Notes under the pieces: generated by a model | Seen by the model: the letters and a program-made list of their open reading frames with translations, nothing else | Database searches by the model: none | What the model was told of the DNA's origin: nothing | Part shown: positions 37,142-47,378 of the stretch, one piece after another | How the letters are laid out: every line of letters begins with the position of its first letter | Position numbering within the stretch: position 1 is the first letter of the stretch | Position numbers and translations under genes: made by a program | Assembly (NCBI GenBank): GCA_036788295.1 | Contig: DAIQNR010000004.1 | Location: forward strand, 47,187-111,186 | DNA length: 64,000 nucleotides | From: Myxococcota bacterium | GTDB lineage: Bacteria > Myxococcota > Kuafuiibacteriia > Kuafuiibacteriales > Kuafuiibacteriaceae | Direction of reading: 5' to 3'

Positions 37142-39280
37142 TCAGCCGGCCGGGGCCGCTTCGGCGGCTGGGCTTCGGGCGGCGGCGATTTTGGCTCTCG
37201 CCTCTGGGGTGAGCGCTGCGGCCACGACCTCGGCGAGGTCGAGCACCTGCACCTCCTCCTCCTTGCCGTGGTGCTTCAGCCCGTCGCCGATCATCGTCTT
37301 GCAGAACGGGCAGCCGACGGCGACCGCGGCCGCGCCGGTGGCGAGGGCCTGCTCGGTGCGCTTCACGTTCACCCGGGTGTGGCCCTCCTCCTCTTCTTTC
37401 CACATCTGGGCCCCACCCGCTCCGCAGCACAGGGACTTCTTGCCGTGGTCCTCCATCTCGAGGACCTGCAGGTGCTTCACCCCGGCGAGGGACCGACGCG
37501 GGGCCTCGAGCTCATCGTTCCAACGGCCGAGAAAACACGGGTCGTGAAAGGCGACGTTCTCGAGCGCGCCTTTTCCGAGGTCGAGCCGGCCTTCGTCGAG
37601 CAGCTTCGCGATGAGCTGCGAGTGGTGGAGCACATCGTAGTTCCCGCCGAAGGCGGGGTACTCGTTCTTCAGGGTGTTGAAGCAGTGCGGACAGGCGGTG
37701 ACGACCTTCTTCACCCCCATCTCGTTGAGGGTGGCGACGTTGGCCTGCGCGAGGCTGTCGAACAGGTACTCGTTGCCCGCCCGCCGGGCCGGGTCACCCG
37801 AGCACTGCTCGCCCTTGCCGAGGATGGCGTAGGTGACCCCTGCGGCGTCGAGGATGTCGGCGAACGCCTTCACCGTCTTTTGGGCGGAGTCGTCGTAGCT
37901 GCCGGCGCAGCCCACCCAAAACAGGTACTCGTACCGTTGTGCGTCCTCGGTCCCCCCCCAGAACTTGAGCCCGAGCGGCGTGGCCCAGTCCCCGCGCTGG
38001 TCGGCGCCGATGCCCCAAGGGTTCGAATTGCGCTCGATGTTCGTGAAGGTGGCGGTCAGCTCCGCCGACACCGCGCCTTCGGTCAGGGTGAGGTACCGGC
38101 GAAGGTCCATGATCGCGTCCACATGGTCGATGAGGACCGGGCACGCCTCGACGCAGGCCCCACAGTTGGTGCAGCCCCACAACACCTCGCGCGAGGTCTG
38201 CCGGTACTTGGTTCGCTCCTCTTCGGTCTCGGCGATGAGCGCGAGGGAGGGTTCGAAGTCGGCTGGGGCCGGCTTCACCTCGAAGTACCCCCGCTTGGCG
38301 AGCAGCTCGTCCCCGTTGGCGTAGAGGTTCCCTCGGATGTCGTGGATGAGCTGCTGAGGGTTCAGGGCTTTTCCGGTCCGGGTCGCGGGGCACTGCTGAT
38401 TGCATCGGCCGCACTCGGTGCAGGCGTAGGTGTCGAGCAGCGCCTTCCACGAGAACTGGTGGACCATGCCCACCCCGAAGCTGGTGGCGTTCTCGTCTTC
38501 GAGGTCGAGCCGGTCGAGCGCTGCCTTGTGCTTCTCCCGTTTGTGGAGGAAGATGTTCGGGATCGCCCCGAGAAGATGGATGTGCTTGCTCTTCGGAATG
38601 ACGTTGAGGAACGCGAGCAGAACCACCGCGTGCGCCCACCAGAACACCTCGCTGATGACATAGGCCGCGCTCGGCTCGACCCCGCTCACCGCAGCGCCGA
38701 CGGCGCTCGAGACGGTCAGGCTGCCCGCGTGGTCGAGCAGGATGCCGTCGGCGCCAGCCTGGATGCCAAAGCCCATCGCCCCGAAGTAGGTGATCATCAC
38801 CAGCGCGATGAGGGTGAGAATCAAGAACCCTTCCCGGCTGGCGTGGTGGATGTGGCTCGGCTTCACCACCGCGCGGCGGTACACCGCGGCGACCACCGCG
38901 AAGAGCACGATGAAGGCCATGATGTCCTCACCGGCCAGGATCGCGTGGTAGGCCGGCGTGGGGAGGAACGCGCCGAAGCTGAACCGAGGAAATGCCCCAC
39001 GGACCAGAAACTCGAGGTGCCCGACGCTGATGATGAGAAAGCCCCAGAAGAAGATGACGTGGTTCCAGCCGAAGGTCTCTCGGACCACCCTCCGCTGAAA
39101 GAAGACCAAGTAGATCACCGCACCGATGCGGTCTGGAATATCTCGGAGGGCAACGGCGCGGGAGCGGGGCCCGCCGAGCGCGAGCAAGCGGAACATGCGC
39201 CACACCGAGTGGACGAACAGCCCCATCATGCCGAGGAAGAACAGGCCGAACAGGATGGGCTTCAGGTAGGCCTCGTACAT
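37142..39280 (-). CDS. Membrane-bound heterodisulfide-reductase-like Fe-S oxidoreductase (FadF-like)
   Basis: N-terminal TM helices; CTECGRCNQQCP and CTNCGACVEACP; two CCG domains (CSG, CPHC, CCGAGG, CPFC). Confidence 0.9.
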   Translation of the reverse strand: MYEAYLKPILFGLFFLGMMGLFVHSVWRMFRLLALGGPRSRAVALRDIPDRIGAVIYLVFFQRRVVRETFGWNHVIFFWGFLIISVGHLEFLVRGAFPRFSFGAFLPTPAYHAILAGEDIMAFIVLFAVVAAVYRRAVVKPSHIHHASREGFLILTLIALVMITYFGAMGFGIQAGADGILLDHAGSLTVSSAVGAAVSGVEPSAAYVISEVFWWAHAVVLLAFLNVIPKSKHIHLLGAIPNIFLHKREKHKAALDRLDLEDENATSFGVGMVHQFSWKALLDTYACTECGRCNQQCPATRTGKALNPQQLIHDIRGNLYANGDELLAKRGYFEVKPAPADFEPSLALIAETEEERTKYRQTSREVLWGCTNCGACVEACPVLIDHVDAIMDLRRYLTLTEGAVSAELTATFTNIERNSNPWGIGADQRGDWATPLGLKFWGGTEDAQRYEYLFWVGCAGSYDDSAQKTVKAFADILDAAGVTYAILGKGEQCSGDPARRAGNEYLFDSLAQANVATLNEMGVKKVVTACPHCFNTLKNEYPAFGGNYDVLHHSQLIAKLLDEGRLDLGKGALENVAFHDPCFLGRWNDELEAPRRSLAGVKHLQVLEMEDHGKKSLCCGAGGAQMWKEEEEGHTRVNVKRTEQALATGAAAVAVGCPFCKTMIGDGLKHHGKEEEVQVLDLAEVVAAALTPEARAKIAAARSPAAEAAPAG

Positions 39281-39429
39281 CGGGATCGGGAGTGCCGCAT
39301 TCCGTGGACCGCAGCAAGGTCCTTCACCATCGGAGCCGCCCAAACCGTCAACGGGCGCGGGCCACACCGAAAAGTCGGCGCGCATCGGCAACGCTGGCCC
39401 CGGCGAGCGAGCCGAGGCATGGTGTCGGG

Positions 39430-41445
39430 GTGCGGGTCTGTCCGCGGTGTCGGTCGGTCTACCAGGCGGACCTAGGGGCGTGCAGCCTGGACGGCGAGTT
39501 CTTGGTCGAAACCGCACAGGACCCGCTCGTGGGAGCCATGCTCGACCGCTACCAGGTGGTGGAGCTCATCGGGTCCGGGGCGACGGGGCGGGTGTACCGG
39601 GCTCGGCACGCCGAGCTGGACCGGTCGTGCGCCATCAAGGTGCTGTACGGGGACCAGGCCGCCGAGCCCCGTTTCCGGGAGCGATTTCGAAGAGAGGCTC
39701 GGTCCATCGCGCTCATCCGCCACCCGAACGTGGTGAGCGTGGAGGACTTCGGGGCCACGCCCGAGGGGCTGTGCTTTCTCGTGCTCGAGCTGGTCGAGGG
39801 AACGCCGCTGGACCGGGTTCTCGAGCGGAGCGGCTCGATCTCACCCGAGCGGGTGCTCGGCTGGGCCCGGCAGCTGGCCGCCGGGCTCGGCGCGGTCCAC
39901 GGCCATGGCTTCGTCCACCGGGACGTCAAGCCGAGCAACGTGGTGGTTCGCCCGGACGGGTCGGCGACGTTGCTCGACTTCGGCGCCGTCGGTCTGCCCG
40001 CCGCCGCGCCCGATTCCCGCCTCACCAGGCTCGGCACCTTGGTCGGGACGCCAACCTACATGGCGCCAGAGCAGAGCCAAGACCCGGCGGTGGATCCGAC
40101 CGCGGACCTGTATTCGCTCGGCGTGGTCATGTTCGAGCTCCTGACCGGGCGCCCCCCGTTCGAAGGGGCGACCCGCGCCGACGTGCTCATCCAGCACATC
40201 ACGGCCCCCGTTCCGCCGCTGCCGCCGCTCGGCGGGATCGAGCGGGTGGTGCAGCGCCTGCTCGAGAAGCGACCGGCGGACCGGCCCCAGACCGCGGCCG
40301 AGCTCGACGACCTGCTCGCGTCGCTCGAGGCCGACGCCGAGCAGCGAATCGACCATTTCGGGCCGCTCTCCGAGCCCCCAGAGGCGAGCTTCGAGGCCCT
40401 GGCCCGGGACCCGGGATGGGGAGATTGGATCCGGGAGGCGACGCTCGAACCGTACGGCGCCCTGGCTCCAGCCGAGCCGGAGCGCACCGACCGGCTTCAC
40501 ACCGATGCGGTCCGCGAGGTGCTCGCTCACGACCTCACCATCGACGAGGCAGCGATGCTGTTCGAGCCGGCGATGCCGGCCGACCGGCCGAGGGTGGTCG
40601 AAGACGACGGCAAGACGCAGGTCGATTTCTGTCCAGACTTGGTGGAGGAGCCGGAGGCGAGAACCGAGCTCGAGATGCCTCCGGTGGAGCTCGACCTCCC
40701 GCTCGAAGCGATCGCGTTCCCCGAGCCGCCCGCCGCGCTCTCGGAGGAACTCGTCGCCGAAGCCCCCCGGCGGGCCGACCTGGCCCTCGAGGTGCCCGAC
40801 CGCCTCGTCCGGGACCCGCCTACCCTGCTCGACGATCTGCACATCGAGCGAAACCCGCCGGGCGAGCGGGTGACCGAGCCGGCGGTGGCCACCCACGATG
40901 GGTCGGTTCTTCCTCGCCTACCGTCCGGGGCCTTTCGTCCGGTCGCGGGGTCGAACCTCGAGTTCGACGTGGAGCCGAACTTTCGCTCCGAACCGGAGCC
41001 CCTTTCTGACCCGGACCTCCAGAACGGCTCGGGGCCGATCCCGGTGGTGCCCGTGCCCCTGGGGCTCGACGACGCCGAGGGCTCGATCGACCGACCGGCC
41101 CCCGACCTGCCCGCGCCCCGCCCGTCTCCCCCGCCCCGCCTCGCGTCGGTTCGGCCAGCGACGACCGGCACCCCGTTCACCTCCGCCCCCCGGCTCGGCG
41201 AGGGGCCGAAAGAGGCCAAGCCGCGAGGCCGAAGCGGTCCTCGGCTCGTGGGCCTCGAAGCGGAGTCGACCGCCGCGGTCCGGCGACGGGCGCGGCCGGC
41301 GCCGCGCCCGGAGTCGAGGAGCCGGCTCGAGCGGTGGCTGCTGCCGCTCACCGTAGCGGCGCTCGTGCTGGCCGCGGCGGCGCTGACCGGAGCGCTCGTG
41401 GTGCGAGCGATGCAGGGCAACCTGCCTCCAGTGCTGCAGCGATGA
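39430..41445 (+). CDS. Ser/Thr kinase with N-terminal Cys motif, long acidic/Pro-rich linker and C-terminal TM segment
   Basis: CPRC..C; GSGATGRV, CAIK, HRDVKPSN, DFG, YMAPE; GTG start is inferred. Confidence 0.9.
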   Translation: MRVCPRCRSVYQADLGACSLDGEFLVETAQDPLVGAMLDRYQVVELIGSGATGRVYRARHAELDRSCAIKVLYGDQAAEPRFRERFRREARSIALIRHPNVVSVEDFGATPEGLCFLVLELVEGTPLDRVLERSGSISPERVLGWARQLAAGLGAVHGHGFVHRDVKPSNVVVRPDGSATLLDFGAVGLPAAAPDSRLTRLGTLVGTPTYMAPEQSQDPAVDPTADLYSLGVVMFELLTGRPPFEGATRADVLIQHITAPVPPLPPLGGIERVVQRLLEKRPADRPQTAAELDDLLASLEADAEQRIDHFGPLSEPPEASFEALARDPGWGDWIREATLEPYGALAPAEPERTDRLHTDAVREVLAHDLTIDEAAMLFEPAMPADRPRVVEDDGKTQVDFCPDLVEEPEARTELEMPPVELDLPLEAIAFPEPPAALSEELVAEAPRRADLALEVPDRLVRDPPTLLDDLHIERNPPGERVTEPAVATHDGSVLPRLPSGAFRPVAGSNLEFDVEPNFRSEPEPLSDPDLQNGSGPIPVVPVPLGLDDAEGSIDRPAPDLPAPRPSPPPRLASVRPATTGTPFTSAPRLGEGPKEAKPRGRSGPRLVGLEAESTAAVRRRARPAPRPESRSRLERWLLPLTVAALVLAAAALTGALVVRAMQGNLPPVLQR

Positions 41446-41499
41446 ACGCCCGGACGAAGCGCTTGACCCCCTCGTCCGCCCGTTCTACCCCCCGGGCCG

Positions 41500-42489
41500 A
41501 TGTCGTCGCTGCGGGACCTGCGAAAGCGTCTGAGGGCGGTCAAGAACACCCAGAAGATCACCAAGGCGATGAAGATGGTCGCGGCCTCGAAGCTGCGCCG
41601 CGCCCAGCAGCAGGTGCTGCAGGCTCGCCCCTACGCGCTGCGCATGCAGGAGGTGCTCGACCACCTCGTTTCGCGCTCGGACGTAGCCGCCCACCCGCTG
41701 CTGCAGGCGAGGGTCCCGAAGCGGGTCGAGCTCGTCGTGCTCACCTCGAACCGTGGTCTCTGCGGGGGGTTCAACTCCAGCATCCTGCGCGCGGCGGAGC
41801 GGTACATCCAGGAGCACCGAGGGGAGTACGAGGAGATCCTCGTGTCGAGCATCGGCAAGAAGGGGGCGGAGCACTTTCAGCGCCGCGGTTACTCCCTCGC
41901 TTTTCGGCAAGACGACGTATGGGACGACCTTCGGTTCGAGCGGGCCGCCGAGATCGCGGGCGGGCTCGCGGCCGGATTTCGCACCGGTCGGCTCGACGCG
42001 GTGTACTTGCTGTACAACGAGTTCAAGAGCGCGATCGCCCAGAAGGCGGTCGTCCGGCAGCTGCTCCCGGTGCAGCCGATCGACGACTGGGAGCAGGACA
42101 CGTCGATCCGGGTGAGCGAACTGTTGACCCGCGGCCCAGACCTTCAAGGGGCGACGAGGGTGGGCAAATACGAGGTCGAGTACCCGGAGCGGTGGGAGCC
42201 GTCGCCGCCGCTCGAATTCGAGCGGGAGGGCTTCGAGCACCTGTTCGAGCCGAGCCGGGAGGCCGTGCTCGACGCGCTCCTGCCCCAGCACCTCGCCGTG
42301 CAGCTGTGGCGAGCGCTGCTCGAGTCGATGGCCGCGGAGCATGGAGCCCGAATGGCGGCGATGGACGCCGCCTCCCGCAACGCGAAGGACATCATCGAGA
42401 AGATCAGCCTGAAGGCGAACCGGCTTCGGCAGGCCGGCATCACCAACGAGCTCATGGAGATCGTGTCCGGCGCCGAAGCGCTCCGCTGA
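41500..42489 (+). CDS. atpG: F1 ATP synthase gamma subunit (stand-alone, with insertion)
   Basis: VKNTQKITKAMKMVAASKL, SNRGLCGGFN, EHGARMAAM, LRQAGITNELMEIVSGA. Confidence 0.96.
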   Translation: MSSLRDLRKRLRAVKNTQKITKAMKMVAASKLRRAQQQVLQARPYALRMQEVLDHLVSRSDVAAHPLLQARVPKRVELVVLTSNRGLCGGFNSSILRAAERYIQEHRGEYEEILVSSIGKKGAEHFQRRGYSLAFRQDDVWDDLRFERAAEIAGGLAAGFRTGRLDAVYLLYNEFKSAIAQKAVVRQLLPVQPIDDWEQDTSIRVSELLTRGPDLQGATRVGKYEVEYPERWEPSPPLEFEREGFEHLFEPSREAVLDALLPQHLAVQLWRALLESMAAEHGARMAAMDAASRNAKDIIEKISLKANRLRQAGITNELMEIVSGAEALR

Positions 42490-42574
42490 CCGGCCCCGCT
42501 TCCCCGGACGGTTTCCGCTTCGCGGACCGGCCGCGGTTCTAGCTTCGCTCACCGGCGCCGAACCGGGGGTCGGC

Positions 42575-42946
42575 TCACGTCGCTCGTCGGATGCGGATCG
42601 GCCCTTTGGCGGTGGACGGATCGACCACCCGGCCTTTTTGGGTGATGTGCACCCGGCCAGCGGCGACCAATCGACGGGCGGCCTGCCTCGTCGCTTCCAT
42701 CCGCAGCCGCCACTCGTCTTCTCCGAAGACCGCCCTCGCCGCTTCCGATGGGCAGATCGTCGCCCCGCGGGGGCGTCGCTCGAGCAGCTCGAGAATGGTC
42801 GCCTCGAGGGCGCCGTCGCTTGGGGCGGCGCGGTCGCGGCGGCAGGCGTCGCTGCAGTATCGAACCTGCTCCCAGTCCCGCTCCCACTTCTTTCGCCAGG
42901 TGATGGCGCGCCCGCAGCGGACGCAGACCTTTTCGGGGGGGCTCAT
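42575..42946 (-). CDS. DUF2256-DUF3253 fusion protein
   Basis: [32 protein letters not shown] followed by TICPSEAAR; ATGA overlap. Confidence 0.85.
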   Translation of the reverse strand: MSPPEKVCVRCGRAITWRKKWERDWEQVRYCSDACRRDRAAPSDGALEATILELLERRPRGATICPSEAARAVFGEDEWRLRMEATRQAARRLVAAGRVHITQKGRVVDPSTAKGPIRIRRAT

Positions 42947-43902
42947 CCCCGGAGGGCCTCGGCGAGCTGCAGTCCGGCTCGGTAGGCGCCCTCGACCCGG
43001 GGACCCGCGGTCCAGTCCCCGGCGAGCGCGATTCGGGGGTCGGTTCCCACCAGGCATGGGACCTCGGCGATGGTCGTCGCCGCGGCGTACCGCCATCGGT
43101 GGACGTCGGCTCGCTCGACCGGCGCCGGCTCGAGGTCGAGCGCCGCAAAAAAGGCCGGCTCGAGGGCGGCGCGCACGGCGGCCGGCTCCCACTCGAGCGC
43201 GGCCTGCGACCAAACGTGGCTCGCGTGCGCGACGAAACGCTCGTCCGCGGGCCGCCCCGGTTTGCTCGCCTCTCGAACCACGAACGACAGCGGCCCGTCG
43301 TTCACGAAGATCGCGTCGAACGGGGTGGGGAGCGGCTCGGAGAACGCGAGCATCAGGGTCCAGGTGGGCGCCATCTGGGCTCGGCGAACCCGAGCGGCGA
43401 GCGGCGCATCCGCCGGCTCGATGAGCGCGGCTGCCTGCGGCGCCGGCACGGTGAGGCCCACCCGGTCGAACAGCCCGAGCGATCCCTGCTCCCCGGCGAG
43501 CTCGACCCCGCGCGGTGAACCCACCACCGACGTCACCTGCGCGCGCTCGACGGCGAGCCCGTCGGCGAGCGAGAGGGCGAGCGAGCCCATCGAAGGCACG
43601 CCAACGAAGCGGGTCGGTCCGCCCGATCCCTTCGGGGTGAGGCCGGCCGGGCCGCGCACGGCGAGCCGAGGGGCCCAGGGGCCGACCAAGCCCGCCTCCC
43701 GCCACTGCTCGACCTCGGCCGCGAAGGTCGGGTCCCGTACGGTGAAATACGACGCGCCGTGGTCGAATTCGGTCCGGCTCGAGCTCCGTCCTCCGGGCCG
43801 ACGGCCCTTGTCGAACAGCCTCACCTCATGGCCCGCCGCCTGAAGGGCCCTCCCCGCCACGAGGCCGGCCATGCCCGCCCCGACGATGCCGATTTGCGCC
43901 AC
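42943..43902 (-). CDS. Renalase-like FAD/NAD-dependent oxidoreductase
   Basis: [38 protein letters not shown]; start uncertain. Confidence 0.9.
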   Translation of the reverse strand: MAQIGIVGAGMAGLVAGRALQAAGHEVRLFDKGRRPGGRSSSRTEFDHGASYFTVRDPTFAAEVEQWREAGLVGPWAPRLAVRGPAGLTPKGSGGPTRFVGVPSMGSLALSLADGLAVERAQVTSVVGSPRGVELAGEQGSLGLFDRVGLTVPAPQAAALIEPADAPLAARVRRAQMAPTWTLMLAFSEPLPTPFDAIFVNDGPLSFVVREASKPGRPADERFVAHASHVWSQAALEWEPAAVRAALEPAFFAALDLEPAPVERADVHRWRYAAATTIAEVPCLVGTDPRIALAGDWTAGPRVEGAYRAGLQLAEALRG

Positions 43903-44035
43903 GGCGGGAGCCTGCGCCGGGGCGGGAAGCGGAGGCAACCGGGCCTCGTCCTCGACCGCCTCGGGTCGACACGGTTGGCCTCGACCGGCGGGGTCCGCGC
44001 TCCCGGGCGGCGGCGCCCGGCCGATTCGACCGGGT

Positions 44036-45115
44036 GTGGGGCTCATCACCTACTTGCTCGGGGGCCCCGACGCCGAGGCCCGGGCAGCCCTCGCCGACCT
44101 CCTTCACGCCGCCGGCAAACGGGCCTTGGACATCCCGAGCGACCCGGCGGAGGCCTTCGCCGAGCGAACGGCGACGCTGGCCGCCCAGCTCGAGCTGCCG
44201 AGCGCCCCCAAAGAGACGCCATCCGAAGCGGCGCGCGTCCTCGGGGACCGCTGGCGGGCCGAGCGCGCCCACGTCAGCGCGACCGTCTCCGGCCTGCGGG
44301 GGACCTTGTTCGACGTCGTGCGCGGGCTGTCCGCCGACCTCGGCGACGACGAGGAGGATGGCCGCGCGCTCGGCGCCACGCTCGACGGGCTCGCCGCGGC
44401 GGCCGCGGCCGGCGACCTCGACACCGTGCGCCGGCAAGCGACCGAGGCCATCGAGCGGGTGCGAACCGGGCTCGCGCGGCGCCAGCACCGCACCACGAAG
44501 CAGCTTCGAGCGATGGCCCGCCGGCTCGAGGAGCTCGAGCTGCGCGCCGCCGAGGCCGAGAGCAAGCAAGACCGCGATGAGCTGACCCAGCTGCCGAACC
44601 GGCGGGCGCTCGAGCGGCGACTCGACGAAGACGCCGTGCTCGCCGGGCTGACCGGCGCCCCGATGACGGTGCTGATGCTCGACGTGGACCACTTCAAGCG
44701 GTTCAACGACACCCACGGCCACGCGGCCGGCGACGAGGTCCTTCGGCTCATGGGCAAGACCCTGGTCGAGGCCTTCCCCCGAAAGTCCGACTTCGCCGCC
44801 CGGTACGGAGGCGAGGAGTTCTGCGTGCTGCTGTCGGACACCCCGCTCGACACCGGGCGCCGGCTCGCCGAGCGGTTCGCGGCGGCGGTGCGAGATCTTC
44901 GGATCCCCTGGAAGGGCAAGACGCTGAATCTCACCTGCTCGGTGGGGGTCGCCGGGCTCGCCCTCCGGGAGCAGCCTCGCACCGTGCTCGGCCGGGCCGA
45001 CGCGGCGCTCTACGACGCAAAGCACCAAGGACGGGACCGGGTCGTGGTCGCCCCGAGCCCTGCTGCCCCTCCCACCGACGCTTCCCCCGTGCGCGCCCAG
45101 GCCGTCCCCCGGTAA
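44036..45115 (+). CDS. Diguanylate cyclase with helical N-terminal region
   Basis: DELTQLPNRR, DVDHFKRFNDTHGH, RYGGEEF, and I-site RKSD; GTG start is inferred. Confidence 0.9.
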   Translation: MGLITYLLGGPDAEARAALADLLHAAGKRALDIPSDPAEAFAERTATLAAQLELPSAPKETPSEAARVLGDRWRAERAHVSATVSGLRGTLFDVVRGLSADLGDDEEDGRALGATLDGLAAAAAAGDLDTVRRQATEAIERVRTGLARRQHRTTKQLRAMARRLEELELRAAEAESKQDRDELTQLPNRRALERRLDEDAVLAGLTGAPMTVLMLDVDHFKRFNDTHGHAAGDEVLRLMGKTLVEAFPRKSDFAARYGGEEFCVLLSDTPLDTGRRLAERFAAAVRDLRIPWKGKTLNLTCSVGVAGLALREQPRTVLGRADAALYDAKHQGRDRVVVAPSPAAPPTDASPVRAQAVPR

Positions 45116-45137
45116 GAGCGCCTCCGCGGAGGAGGCG

Positions 45138-46511
45138 ATGAACGGCAAAGGGAGCGGAAAAGCGGCGCTCGGCGAGCTGCTGGCGCTCGCCGTGCCGAGT
45201 TCCGCCTTCGTTCTGCTCACCCACGGCTATCGGGTCGTGGACCAGTTCTGGGTGGATCGGATCTCGGTCGCCGCGCAGGCCGCGGTCGGGTCCACGCTGT
45301 TTGTCCTCGTGGTGGCCTTCGCGAGCTTCGAGGTGCTGTCGGCTGGGGCCGGACCCCTTCTCGCCCGGGCGACGGGCGGAGGCGACGACGACGGCCGGCG
45401 GCGGGTCCTGGGGGCCGCGCTCCGGGGCGGCTTTGGCCTGGCGGCGGTGTTCTTCGTGGGCGGAGCCCTCGGCGCCGACGGCATCGCCCGCTCGCTCGGA
45501 CTCGACCTCGGAGCCCAGACCGAGGCGGCCCGGTACCTGCGTGCGCTCGCCCTGACCTCGCTCCCGCTCGTGCTCACTCCGCTCATCGACGTCGCATTTC
45601 TCGCCCTTGGAGACGCCCGAACCCCGCTCGCCCTGCACGGGGTCGCGCTCGGCCTCAACCTGGTGCTCACCCCGCTGTTCGCCCTCGGCCTCGACGGCGG
45701 CGTCACCGGAGCGGCGCTCGCCTCGACCTTGTCCCGAGCGGTCGCGACCGCCTGGGGCCTCCACCGATTGTCGAGGCGGATCGGCCTGCGCCGGGCGGAC
45801 GTCTTGAATCCGGGGTGGCGGCGCGAGCTCGCCCGAATCGGCCGCATCGGGGCCCCCATGGCCCTGTCAACCGCGCTGTACGGGGGGGTGTACTGGGTCC
45901 TCGTCGCCGTCGCGGTCTCCCCGCTCGGCCCCGAGGTCAACGCCGCGCTCGGCATCGGATGGTCGGCGCTCGAAGGCCTCGCGTGGCCGGTGTTCCACGG
46001 CGTCGCGCTCGCCGTCGCGTCGGTGGTCGGACGGCGGCTCGGGGCCGGCGACGTGGCTGGGGCCCGCCGCGCCGCCGCGATCTCGCTCCTTCCCACCGCC
46101 GCGCTCGGCCTCGTCGCGACCGGCCTGTTCGTGGCCGGCGGAGAGCTGTTGACCGCCCCGTTCGCGAGCGATCCCGCCGTCCGCCGGGAGGCGGCCCTCT
46201 ACGCCGCGATCATCGGCCTGTCGCAGCTGTTCGTCGCCCTCGAATCCACCGCGGAAGGGGTGCTGGCTGGCGCCGGAGCGACGAGATCCGTGTTCTGGAC
46301 GTCCGCCCCCCTCAACTTGCTTCGCGCCCCGCTCGCCTGGTGGGTCGCGATCCCCCTCGGCGCCGGCGCCGCCGGGATCTGGTGGGTCATCACCGGGACC
46401 ACGGTGGTGAAGGCCGGGCTGAAGCTGATCCTGCTCGTACGAGGCCGGTGGGCTCTGATGAGCCTCGACGATCGAGCCTTGAAGGCGGCTCCGATCACTG
46501 ATATCGACTGA
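45138..46511 (+). CDS. MATE-family efflux transporter
   Basis: About 12 hydrophobic helices in two halves; GDARTP..LN and GAGATR signatures. Confidence 0.85.
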   Translation: MNGKGSGKAALGELLALAVPSSAFVLLTHGYRVVDQFWVDRISVAAQAAVGSTLFVLVVAFASFEVLSAGAGPLLARATGGGDDDGRRRVLGAALRGGFGLAAVFFVGGALGADGIARSLGLDLGAQTEAARYLRALALTSLPLVLTPLIDVAFLALGDARTPLALHGVALGLNLVLTPLFALGLDGGVTGAALASTLSRAVATAWGLHRLSRRIGLRRADVLNPGWRRELARIGRIGAPMALSTALYGGVYWVLVAVAVSPLGPEVNAALGIGWSALEGLAWPVFHGVALAVASVVGRRLGAGDVAGARRAAAISLLPTAALGLVATGLFVAGGELLTAPFASDPAVRREAALYAAIIGLSQLFVALESTAEGVLAGAGATRSVFWTSAPLNLLRAPLAWWVAIPLGAGAAGIWWVITGTTVVKAGLKLILLVRGRWALMSLDDRALKAAPITDID

Positions 46512-46526
46512 TCAGAGGTTCAGTCC

Positions 46527-47168
46527 ATGTCTTCCGACGTCCAGTTCTACACCAACCCCATGAGCCGAGGTCAAATTGCGAGATGGGCGCTGCACGAGGC
46601 CGGCGCCTCGTACGAAGAGCGCCTGCTCGAATACGGCGCCCCGATGCACAGCGAGGCCTACCGCTCGGTCAACCCCATGGCGAAGGTCCCGGCCATCGTG
46701 CACGAGGGCAACGTCGTCACCGAAACGGCCGCGATTTGCGCCTACCTTGCTCGGGCCTTTCCCGGCGCCGAGCTCGAGCCGACCACTCTGTCCGAATCGG
46801 CGGTTTTTTACCGATGGCTGTTCTTCGCCGCCGGTCCGCTCGAGCAGGCGGTCGTCGCCCGCTCGATGAAGTGGGACGAAGGGCTCGATCCCTCGAAGGA
46901 AGGGATGATCGGCTTCGGTTCCTTCGAGCGGGTCACACGGACGCTGTCCGACTTTCTGAGCGGTCGAGCCTATGTCTGCGGCGAGCGGTTCACGGCGGCG
47001 GACATCTATGTCGGCGCGCAGGTCGACTGGGGTCTGAAGTTCGGGACGCTCCCCAATACGCCAGCGCTCGTTGCCTACGCGGAGAGGCTCCGGGCTCGGC
47101 CGGCTCACCAGGCCGCCGCCGCGATCGACCTCCGCCACATCGAGGACGCGAAAGCGGGCCAAGCCTGA
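46527..47168 (+). CDS. Glutathione S-transferase family protein
   Basis: NPMSRG, VNPMAKVPAI, TETAAIC, FTAADI. Confidence 0.92.
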   Translation: MSSDVQFYTNPMSRGQIARWALHEAGASYEERLLEYGAPMHSEAYRSVNPMAKVPAIVHEGNVVTETAAICAYLARAFPGAELEPTTLSESAVFYRWLFFAAGPLEQAVVARSMKWDEGLDPSKEGMIGFGSFERVTRTLSDFLSGRAYVCGERFTAADIYVGAQVDWGLKFGTLPNTPALVAYAERLRARPAHQAAAAIDLRHIEDAKAGQA

Positions 47169-47378
47169 AGCCCAATCTCTCGTTTTGATAGTCTGCTTCG
47201 ACAGCGCGGTCGCGGTTTGGGGGACCCCGGCGCGGCTCCGCTGAGCGCAATCCCGAAGAACCCGCCGCAAATCCAGGGACTTGACCGGTTTGGGCGGATT
47301 TCGATGGACGATACCTGGACGAAATCTAGACTCCGACGCGACCGACCGGCCGGTTCCGGCTGGGGTCACGGAGGACCG

